The notes under the pieces: generated by a model
Told to the model about the DNA's origin: nothing
Database searches by the model: none
What the model saw: only the letters and a program-made list of their open reading frames with translations
Program-made: the position numbers and the translations under genes
Shown: in pieces, positions 12,201 through 22,451 of the stretch
Numbering within the stretch: position 1 is the stretch's first letter
How the letters are laid out: each line of letters opens with the position of its first letter
Assembly: GCA_043228905.1 (NCBI GenBank)
Contig: JBHGNT010000001.1
Span: 27,404,001 to 27,468,000, forward strand
Direction: 5' to 3'
Source: Azolla caroliniana
Lineage: Eukaryota > Plantae > Polypodiophyta
DNA length: 64,000 bases

Positions 12201-14132
12201 CACGATCCTTCTCAGTAGCACTTAAGATACGCTGCACAGACAACTTCCGCCATGCCGATCCAGCCTCCATGAGAATATTTTCTCCATTCTCTTGAACCTT
12301 TTGCTCATAAATATCACAAAGATCTCCTGGTTCAGGAGCCGATGAGAAACTGAATGTCTCTGACCCCACTTTTATCTCCTGAGCATGAAAATTAATGTGC
12401 CAGTATTGTCAGCAACAGATAGAGGTACCTTAAGGTTTTATTTTTTATTTTTTTATCCAACATTTATCACCAAATTATGCTTAAGCCATGGCTAGATGTT
12501 TTGACAACATATGTAAGACAAGAAAAAAAGGACAAATTTGGGCTCATGATTTGAACATTAAGAGAAATATTTATCACAAATGTAGAAAAATCAGATCAAT
12601 TCAAGAGAATAATAAAATAAGAATTAAAAATCTCGCAAAGAACAAATTCTATACATTGCATATTTACTACCTTTTCAGTCAATGTGACATTGTAAATCAA
12701 ATCTAAAAGAAAAAAGGAAAATGATGAATATACTCAGATCAGAAGGCAGCCTCATGCTAACATATTTCTACATGAATATTTGTGTGCCTTGAATACACAA
12801 TTGTATTTCATTAAGTATATCAAATTCCTTAGACAATGGATCATTATGACACAGCTTATCCTTTTAAATACTCGAAGCCTAAGAGCCAATGCATATCAAC
12901 CAAGTCTAATATATTATCTATTACTTCCATCCATGTATCATATGATATATAACTATTAATGTAGTAAGCTACACATTTGGAATCAGTGCCTCAGTATAGT
13001 GAAAGTTACCATTGATATATATTTAAATCACATAATAAGTTTAAAAAGTGATTGTCACTATAAAATGTACAATTTTGTAGGTCATATTTATTATAGCATC
13101 ACAAAGAAAAGTACTGCCGTCATAAGAACGAGGACATTAATAATCACCCTTCTATCAAAGAGGGAGGCATTGTTCTTTATCATTCTCAAGGTTGGCTGGT
13201 TTCATGCCTATTTTCAAGACTCTGGAATGAGGCCTACAGTTCCTGAAAAACAACAAATTTCTGCTGTTCCAATAAGTAACACGTTTCCCGTGGCTTCCAA
13301 GAAGATTCATATCCTGATATATCTGAAACTCATTTATTGATTAAATTTTCAGATTACGTATACATTGAGATTTAAAAAAAGTTGTTTTCAGTATGCTGCC
13401 TTGGAAACAAAGCAGGCAAAGGAATGTCCTTTTTCTGGATAAAAGTGTTTAACTGCAAGTATCATTATATTACTTTCACATTTAATGCTCAATTTGGAAT
13501 TTAGGACTTCATTACTACATACTTCTACAGGATAATTGTAAGGGCATATTTATGAACAGGAGTAATGCAATCAAATTCAACTAAATTATGCTAGAGAAGA
13601 TCTCTAAACTAGGAATTAACACTCTTGTGTTGTTATTCCAATCAAATCAAGTTTCTACATGAAAAGCATTTACTGAGTTTTTCAAATTAACCCATCAATA
13701 TCCATAACCAAAACTATGCAAGGAAGCACTTCTTCAATAATACCACCATAATTTCAAAGAAGAAACATGAAAAAGAGAGTAAAATAAACTCACATGACCA
13801 GTAGCATATGCCCCAAACTTTATCATCGATTCATGGCCCTCCAATTCTGCTTGCTTGAGCTCTTCTAGCATCTCAGGCTGAAGACGTATGATCATAGCAA
13901 ATGGCCTTGCAGCAGGGACCGAACACGGAAGAAGTTGAAAAGACTCTTCTTGAGAAGTCATAGTTCCTCCAGTGCTTGGATAAGAAGATCCATCTTTCCC
14001 CTGTCTCAGAGGAATCCTCTTAGTTGAAGAACCAGGGCAAGGGCGCAATGGCATAAGACCTCGGTTCTGACCCTGAGAAGGGCGGAACTGTATCCGAGCT
14101 GCCCCACGAGCAAATTTATTGTTTGAAGACAT
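6290..14132 (-). CDS. Occludin/ELL C-terminal domain nuclear protein (AT3G21290 / 'dentin sialophosphoprotein-like' family), 10 coding exons
   Basis: Exons 14132-13794, 12378-12155, 12071-12013, 11931-11863, 11755-11409, 10772-10698, 10621-7839, 7759-7682, 6593-6479, 6391-6290 join in frame with GT-AG ends. Family motifs: FAMIIRLQP, GDLCDIYEQ, GSAWRKLSVQRIL, IATYQAPGRYLL, a Ser/Asp tract, C-terminal LRGPIQNFQEYKKYSDEYKEKY and LLHEELITIKNRCKEYA. Confidence 0.88.
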
Positions 14133-14169
14133 GATGGGAAAGAAGATGCTCAACGTTTCAATACATCAT

Positions 14170-14530
14170 GGTTATCCCAGAACTTCATAAAGCACATTCA
14201 ATATCCAGAGATTAAATGTAGCATATGCATGCTCAGAGCTTCAGACTAGCACATTCTCTCCATCAGAGCTTCAATATAGAATGTTCACACTCAAAAGCTT
14301 CAATATAGCATATGCATGCTCAGACCTTCAACCTGATGTATTTACCCACAAAGTTTTAGTATATAATATTTATCTCCAGATCTAGAGCTTCAATGAAGCC
14401 ATATTTATCTGCAAAGTTTCAAAATAGTATATTTATCTCAGAGCTCAGTATGGTAAATTCATACTTCAAGCTTCAAAATATCCAATTCACTCTCTCCGAG
14501 TTTCAAAATATCATATTCACTCTGCTTACA
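14170..14530. repeat. Degenerate ~29-bp tandem repeat just upstream of the ELL-domain gene start codon
   Basis: About a dozen variants of cagagcttcaatatagcatattcactct. Confidence 0.75.
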
Positions 14531-14619
14531 CGAAACTTTTTGACCTGTGCCATTCTCAGATCCAATTTTTTCCAATGATAGAAGTATAATGGAAATTTAT
14601 CCTTTCCTGATCATGAAAC

Positions 14620-15380
14620 GGCTTATTTGAATGCGAAGGTGCACAAACACCTGATTAAACTGCTTGTTTGAAAGTGATTTGGTGCATTAAACCAATAAAA
14701 CTACTTATTGAAAAGTATTATGCAGTGATCCAATGAAATTGCTTACCTAAAAGAGATACTGTGAATAAACTCGAGAAAACTTACACAAAGTGCATGTTAT
14801 GCATAAATATGACCATAAAAAGCTTTAGTTTTCCCTTGTTTATCAACTACGCAGTTGTTTGAAAGAGAGATGTGCATAAATTTGATCGATGTGGCTTATT
14901 GGAACGAGATGCTGTGCATAAATAAAATCAAATGTTTTCAGAAGCCACAATATATTGTGCATAAATCCAATCAAACAGTTCATCTGTAAGAGATACCATG
15001 CACAGACCCAATGGAACAGCTACAAAATTGTGCATAAATCTGATCCTTAACAAAACAGAGTTATCTATCATTCACTGATATTGTGCATAATTTGATCAAA
15101 CCACATACCTCAAAGTGATAATGTCAGTAAATCAGAACACAGAAGTTACAGCTTTCCCTCGATAAAACAGAGTCATCAGCTGTCTGCATAAGATATTTCT
15201 CTTAACTCCCATCAAAGTCCTTACTGGAATGAGATATTGTGAATAAATCTGATTATAGAAGTTCGAGATGCCCCTCAAAATAACAGATATATGAACTGCC
15301 AAATTATCTGAAAGGAGAAAAATCCAATGAAATCACTTATGTGAAAGATAAATTGTGCATAAATCTGATCATAGAAGCTC
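14620..15380. repeat. Highly degenerate ~41-bp tandem repeat in the probable 5'-UTR intron of the ELL-domain gene
   Basis: Core tgtgcataaat(ctgatc) recurs near 14640, 14682, 14720, 14760, 14800, 14872, 14913, 14957, 15028, 15082, 15238, 15355. Confidence 0.7.
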
Positions 15381-15764
15381 AATCTCTAATAAAAAATACA
15401 GTTAAAGCATGAGTTCGTATAATGAGAGCAAATAAAAGGCTAAATAAAACCCCCCTAAAAACACCCAAGTCATCACCACATCAAAAAGTTCTTATTTTGA
15501 ACAACCACATACTGTGCAGATAAAACTAACAACTAAAGAGAAAGGGACGAAGATCGGTCTGAAAGAAATGTTAATCCCCTCATACCTTTTGCGATCAATG
15601 AGAGCAGAAAAATGAAAGAAGATTCTTCTGAGATCAATAAATGTCAAGGCTTTTAGCAGGCGTTGGGAGAGTACCTTCGTGAAAGGATCCATGGATGCGC
15701 TGTTTTTGGTCTCGCCTTTTGTGTTTTGTTTTTCCTTCCCTTTTTTTTTGGGGGGGCGTCAGAA

Positions 15765-15824
15765 AGTGAAGAAGGAGAAGGAGAAGGAGAAGGAGAAGAA
15801 AGAATGAAAATCGCCCAACAAAAG

Positions 15825-15862
<38 letters not shown>
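15765..15862. repeat. (GAAGGA)n and (CT)n microsatellites near the probable 5' end of the ELL-domain gene
   Basis: Direct reading. A candidate minus-strand donor AG|GTATG at ~15585 suggests a 5'-UTR exon here. Confidence 0.8.
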
Positions 15863-15865
<3 letters not shown>

Positions 15866-18299
15866 GGCTCTAACTTAACCCAGTGTTAACTTAACCATGG
15901 TTAGATTTTTACCCCACCCTGGTATTATTTGTTATTTTCGCGGGGGTGGTAATTTCTTCCCTTTTATTTTTAATTTTTGGTTTTATCGTTAAGCAATTCA
16001 CTTCACATATACCCACAACCCAAGCCAACCACACAAAATACATATACATACAGAAGCAAGCAATAAGCAAAGTGATCCTTGGGCTCTTTCATTCCTTCGG
16101 GATGCATTGCGCCTCACCCGAATGTGTCTGTCTGGTGTCGCCCCATCCCTTGATTCTTGCTCGTGCTATGGTTTCCGGTTTCACGTGATCTTCAAGAACT
16201 GCTGAATCTGTTCCTCCTGCTCTTTTCTCGATTACATCCTTGCCATGTTTGTATAGGCCTGATTGTGTGTCCAAACCTTCTTTCTTGGTCATGTCTCGCT
16301 TTTCACCAATCGCTTCTCAATGCCACTAGGGTGACCTGGCCTCTCTCTTTTTTTTTAATTCCCGAGTCCTCCCCATTTTTATTAGTGTCTTTGATTTTAG
16401 CATCTTCGCAAAAAAAACCAATCCTTTGACCTTATGCACTTTACTCTTTCCCTTTTTAGTGCATTTATACTCGATGATGTCGTGGTGTGTCAAGCCTTGC
16501 CATGCAGAGTTAAGTGCCCTTTGTTCCGAAAAATGCTCCCCCTATCAAACTACAAATATTTGTTAGTGTTTTATTTTTCCATGCATGAGTGTCCTTAGTA
16601 TGTTGGCATTGGTTGTTTTTTTTTCGTTGTCTATGATAACAAGTGGATCAACTCAGGAAGACCACATGGACTTGACCTAACCCTATGCAGCGTTTTCTTA
16701 CCTCTCTTTTTTCTCAGGATAATTGTTTGAAACCTACACATCTTTCCCCTCTTTATTATTTGTGTGTGTTTTTAGCTTTTGTATTCCTTTATCCTCCTAC
16801 GCAACTAGTTTGCCCTTTTTTAGTGCATTTATGTGCGATGATGTCGTCATGCATCAAGCTGGTGTTCAAGAAAAACTTGTACTTATTTACTAACACGTTC
16901 ACCCACTTTGGACTCGCTAGCGCCAAATATTATTTATAGCAAGAAAGAAATATGAATTGAGCTCAATTAACCGCTGTTAATTTTTACCACATTTTTCTCT
17001 TGAGTAATATTTAACTTGGGTTTTTTTTCCCTACTCCATGTTTACTATATCCTTTTTAGCATCTCCAAAATGTTTATCTTATTAGCAATGCTCGGGAAAA
17101 AAAGAGTGTGAAACCTCCTCTCAACTTATTGGACTTTTTAGAAGGAAATATTGATAAAATGAACAAATTTTGATGACCTAGAGTGACATAACGCTAGTTA
17201 GTTTCTTACTATTATGTCTAGCAAGCGTATTTTTATTAGCTTTTCTTCATGTGATGTCTTTGTCACGTCTTACATACATGATGTTAACTCTCTCCCAACC
17301 ATCCAAGGTACGTACATTTTCCACCCTTGGCTTTATTCCCAATGCTGACATGGTCAATTTCATACTCTTTTTTAGTAAGATGACTACATATTGGCCCATA
17401 AGCTCCTTTGTATACAAATGTGTAACCCATGGACTACATGAACCCTTGCCATTACTTCCCTTGGAAAAAGATTGTTTCATATGTGAAACAACTAAAATTT
17501 GTTCCAAGAACAATGCATAAACATTACCTTAAACAAAATATTGCTTTGTGGTATCATGTGTACCTCCTTAAATTTCTAAAATTGAAGTATATACTTTTAG
17601 TAAGTTAATACATACGACATCAAAAGTACCTTCTTAAAATTGAAATTTATTTCTAACAAAACTATTGCTTACACACACAATTCAATTTACTTAGCTTCTA
17701 AAGTTAAAACATGTATTTGCGATGAATGGTTTGTTTTGCAACGAATGAATGGTTTTGTATTCAATTCTCAAGCGACAAGTTTGAAATTTTTTTTCCCAAA
17801 AAAACTCATTCCATTAGTTATAAAATTTTACAAATGAGAATGTTATATACAAGTCCTAGTAGGGGTGCAATTGTTCCATCTTATGTGGAGGCCCATTGAC
17901 TCAAGAAAGGAAGAGGACAACCATTGTTGGATGAAGGTTGATCATTATCTTTCCACTCCATCGGGTTCAACCACGAGGCCATCATAATAGAGAAAAATGT
18001 AACTATGAATAATGACTTAGTGTAAATATATGGTTTATCACTTTGAACATGAAATCAGTAATTACAAGTGCATTTGACCAAAAGTGTGAATTACCATAAA
18101 TACTTGGTTTATCACTCTCCGTGTGATATTAATCACTACAAATACAACGTGACGAACGTGATTACCCAGTTCCCTAAATTGCATATATCTTAATGATTGA
18201 TAAACTATCATAGTAAATTTTATTTTAAAAAGATCATACGTTGTGTTTGGCCATCAACAAAAGACATTTTTCCCATTGTCTATAACATTCTAGAATCAC

Positions 18300-19100
18300 C
18301 TTATTTGGACATAATTTTATTTTTGTAATATTTATAAAAGAAGACATTAGTTTGGATCCAATGTTCAACCATCAATCATAAAATGTTTGTTGATAATTAA
18401 AATAAAAAACTTGGGTCTTTGCATAATGATCACTAGTTGAGCATGTGTCCTCTTGTCAAGCATGTATTTTCACCAAGTACTATAATGTTTGATGGTCCAT
18501 CGAGAAAATAAGTTGAAAGGCTAGAAGGTAGTTTCTACACTTTTTGACACCGTTAATCATTGCCAACACTTCCCTCTCTATCATTAAGCAAATCCACTCT
18601 CCTTGGTTTAATATATAACTAGTGAAAACTACACACACCCATGACCTATTGGACAAGAACCATACTCACCATGGATGATAAGGCATTTATGTGGAATGTA
18701 ACTCTTTTCCCTGGTCAAAAGGCTTCAAGAATGGATGCTTTGGACAAATTGTCATAGATTAGCTCAAGGGATTTGGTACAATGGCAGAAGCCAATAATAG
18801 ATTACAACAGTGCACCAAAGGCTGACATCAAAGTTGAATAGTTCAATTATGAAAATAACTTTATATAGCTCAAGCATGGTCATAACCTACCCACCATGCA
18901 TGATTGTTGCTTGGCTATCATGCATGGTTATCATCGAAGACATGGTGATGTTGTCAATGTTGAAGAATGTCACATTAGTGAGAACATATACACGACTAAA
19001 TATGCAAATGTCACAAGATATCCCAATGTAATATTCTTATGCAAAGTAAGACATCCTAGCGATGAAGTTTTATATAGACAAGACAAGTGCCACTTCATGC
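18300..19100 (-). mobile_element. Strongly decayed Ty3/gypsy RT-RNaseH remnant
   Basis: Broken minus-strand peptides ILKPFD.GKRVTFHINA...MVLVQ*..FTS...IEREVLAM resemble the gypsy RNaseH region; many stops and frameshifts. Confidence 0.45.
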
Positions 19101-19129
19101 CTTGTGACTCGTACAACTCACTTGAGTTG

Positions 19130-21240
19130 GGGCCTTGAATGAGATTCTTTATAGGATCCCAAGTTCGATCATTTGGACATATAGCTTAACGAATCCAAGG
19201 TGTCATATAGTTTGTTACTCGTGTTACTTATGAACTTGGATTCCAACCTTGTACTTCGGTTTAGCGAGAGGTGAGGAAGGAACAACATGATCTAGAATAG
19301 AGCTTGACACATGAGGTTCCCAAAGTGATACATGGGATTTAGATTGCATCATAATAGCCAAATAAAATCCCCAACTTGGATCATAGGTTCCCATAATGAC
19401 AAGTCTAAACAATGACAACCTACAACTAGCTCCTGTGAAGCTTTGTTATTGCTTAAATTGTATGAATGCTCAACTTTAATCCTTCTGAGTTGAACTAGAC
19501 GATCCTCACATTTGATTTGTAGATAGTTTATGGTGCTCAAGCATTGCTCAATGATGGCGATTACCTATATTTGCAAATAAAGAAATATATCCATTGGAAT
19601 AATGCATTGAATTATTCTAAACAAACATTGAAAAATGTAAGAAATCATTCCATAATATTGCGAATTATTGATGAGGTTGTGAAGACATTGCTCCAATATT
19701 TGATTGTCACTATGTGAATATCAGATAGAAGATAATTTACAATAGTTACTAAACAACTCAAGGGCAAAAATGCTTATGAAACTTTGCTTGCCCTTGCTTA
19801 TAATGTCACCTAGGAAACCATGATGCATGAATGCTCGCTATATAACCCAAGCAAGTGATTGTCGACTACTTTTTAGTCTTCAGGCATTGAAGTAAACGTG
19901 TCATCTTAGTGAAACAATCTATCATTGTAGGAATGAGATCATAACCATTTGAAGATCAGAAGTTGTTAATGAAATGTCATGGTTGTAAAAGTCAAACTGG
20001 ACAAATGCCATGATGTATTGGACAAACAACATGCATAAAAAATTGTAAACATGGTCTTTGACAAGATTATGAAGTTAAATCCACTAGTAGTTCAGAGTAA
20101 CCAACTCCAAAGTCTTGTGGACTCCAAATCGTTCAACCATTGGCATGTCATTGAAACATTCAATACTCAAAAGTCAAGAAAAGACATTGAGAATATCTGA
20201 AAAACTATCTAAAAATAGTAAGTTGTGATGGTGATGAAAGTGATCATAATCTTTTATGAGAAATATTGAACCTTGAGCAATAACCATGGTCTCAAACAAT
20301 ATGATTTAAAACATTTTTGGCAAATAAAATTGTATTGGTGTCTACTTGGGTGGAATCTAGAAGGATAAAATCTATAAGTGTTTTGAAGACCCTAATGCAA
20401 ACATTCCTAGTTGATCACACCCCGATATTAAATGCATTAGACGGTCAAATAGGATAATCGAGATATAGCATATGCCTTTCCTTAGGTAATACATGATCAA
20501 GTGCATGAAGAGTGTTAGAAATTGTGCCCAACAAACTTGGCGCAAACTCAAAACTCGATCATTTTCAAAGTATGGAAGGTTTTTGTTATCATTATTGACA
20601 ATGGCTTGGCAGGGAGAAGGATCTAAGAAATGATGTCTTTTCTCGAATGAGTCCACAATGGCCAAAAGCTCTTTATTACAGTTCTCATAATTGATTTACC
20701 TTCAAATTCGTGTGAATGAAATGTAATTGAATGATTTACCTTCAATGATGGAAGACTTGAGTAGGTTGGCGGATCAAAAGTAAAGTCTTGCTTTAATTTG
20801 TCAAATGCTTTGGTAGCACTCAAACTTTGTATAAGTGATTAGTTCTTACGTGTAAGCTTTGTGCGAGGCAATGCGATCTTTGAGTAATTCTCGATGAATT
20901 AACCCCGAGAAACATTGAATGGCACACACTAATAGATATACTGTAGAATAGTCTACAATGTTTGAACCTTCCTTAGGTCCATAGAAATACTCCTTGCCAA
21001 AACCACATTCCTCAAAAACCTCTATGTGGTTATGCTCAAAACTACATTTCCTGAGTTTGACATAGAGGTCGTATTCTCACAACTATTTTAGAACTTGACG
21101 AATGTTATCTAGATACACTATGGTGAAGATGTACAAGACGTTGATAGGATGTCTTAAGGTCAATGCTTTGGGAGAGTGTTGGCCTAACCTTGTCGAAGAC
21201 ATCTCTAAATTCTTCATACTTGGTCAACAATAAGGTTTTG
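19130..21240 (-). mobile_element. Decayed chromovirus (Ty3/gypsy with integrase chromodomain, Tcn1-like), pol only
   Basis: Minus-strand remnants in gypsy order: TKYEEFRDVFDK (before RT), AFDKLKQDFT (RT-RNaseH linker), SHVSLWEPHVSSSILDHVVPSSP (integrase C-terminus) and PNDRTWDPIKNL (chromodomain). No LTRs recognisable. Confidence 0.75.
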
Positions 21241-21979
21241 TCTTCTATGTATTGAAAAATGGATTTGTTAAAATTGCAAATACAAATATTTCCTTAGTTG
21301 GTCTTTTGTTTTATAACCTTTTTGTTGGAAGCCCAATGGGCTCAGTTTGGTTTGGCTTGAGCCGTGCTTAACCGACTCAAACTAATCAAGCTAGCAAGAG
21401 GATTTACAATTTTTAATTCTTGCATTTTTAGAAATATTGATGTTAACCGTAAACCAGCTTGGGCTTAACTATTGTAGGGTTCGGTTTAGGTTTGAAATCT
21501 TCTAAACTGGTTAAGGCCTAACCGGTTTGACATGGACAACGCAAAACTGGCTAAGCCCACTTGAAACCTTGTTGATTCATAGCTTGGGTTATTAATGGAA
21601 ATATATGACCCTAAGAACCTATACTAAAGGGGCGGGGGAGTAGATTTGTTTATAGTTTATGAGTGTCGAAGTATCTTCTAGTAATCACGATCAAACAATT
21701 GATATGACATAAGCAAGCAATAAACCAAGGCAGCTAGATTCACAAATCAGAAGCTATCTATGCTCCTAAGGAACGAACGAGATCTATGTATAAAACACTG
21801 GATAGCTTTCAATGCTTCTCGATTAACCAACCACGAGGAGTTGTCGCACGGATGAAGAAAGTCCTACTATATTAGGGGATCGACGGGACAAAGGGCTAGA
21901 GGATAGAGAGTTTTAGGTCAGAGGTATTAGGAGCCCAACAGATGGAGGCACATCCGAAGGCAGAGAGATATTCATGGGC

Positions 21980-22310
21980 GGGGGCCGACAAGAGAAGCTC
22001 ATGTTGGACCCCTCAGTCTCGAGGTGAGAGATTTGACACACAGACACACAGACACAGAGACAAGAGACACAGACATAGACAGAGACACACACATTCAATC
22101 AAAGACATCGTGAAGAAAAACCCAACAAACCTTGAATTGAACCACCACACTTTGTGGGCCATGGCCAACGAGAGAAGCTTATGTTGGACCCCTCAGTTTC
22201 CAGGTGAGAGATTTCGCACACAGACACAGACACAGACACAGACACACACATTCAATCAAAGACATCATGAAGAAAAACCCAACAAACCTTGAACTGAACC
22301 ACACACAATT
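21980..22310. repeat. Tandem duplication of a ~170-180-bp unit containing a (CACAGA)n microsatellite
   Basis: atgttggacccctcagt...ggtgagagattt...cattcaatcaaagacatc.tgaagaaaaacccaacaaaccttgaa.tgaacca occurs at ~22001 and ~22181. Confidence 0.9.
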
Positions 22311-22329
22311 GAAACGAAGGCATTTTTTT

Positions 22330-22432
22330 GGTCCAGCCCAGAAGCCCATTTTTGTAAATTCGCCGGAATTATGAAGGCGGCACACACAGCTTCTGCGCGA
22401 AACAGAGTCTGCTGTACGAATTAGGGTTTGCA
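22330..22432 (+). promoter_or_regulatory. Proximal promoter of THO7: two site II elements (AGCCCA) plus a telo-box (TTAGGGTTT)
   Basis: ccAGCCCAgaAGCCCAtt at 22333-22350 and aaTTAGGGTTTg at 22419-22430, just ahead of the ATG. This pairing is established for plant housekeeping and RNA-processing genes. Confidence 0.6.
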
Positions 22433-22451
22433 GGTTCTCTCCCCCGGGGAT

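Noticed and set aside
15492-15878. Possible uORFs (MEERERER..., MDPFTK...) in the ELL-gene leader
   Set aside because: Driven by microsatellites; transcription start unknown and no conserved peptide recognisable
16089-16292. 67-aa minus-strand ORF with protein-like composition
   Set aside because: No recognisable family, splice context or partner exons
21330-21590. AACCG/GGTT-rich segment resembling hAT/MITE subterminal repeats
   Set aside because: No terminal inverted repeats or TSD could be defined
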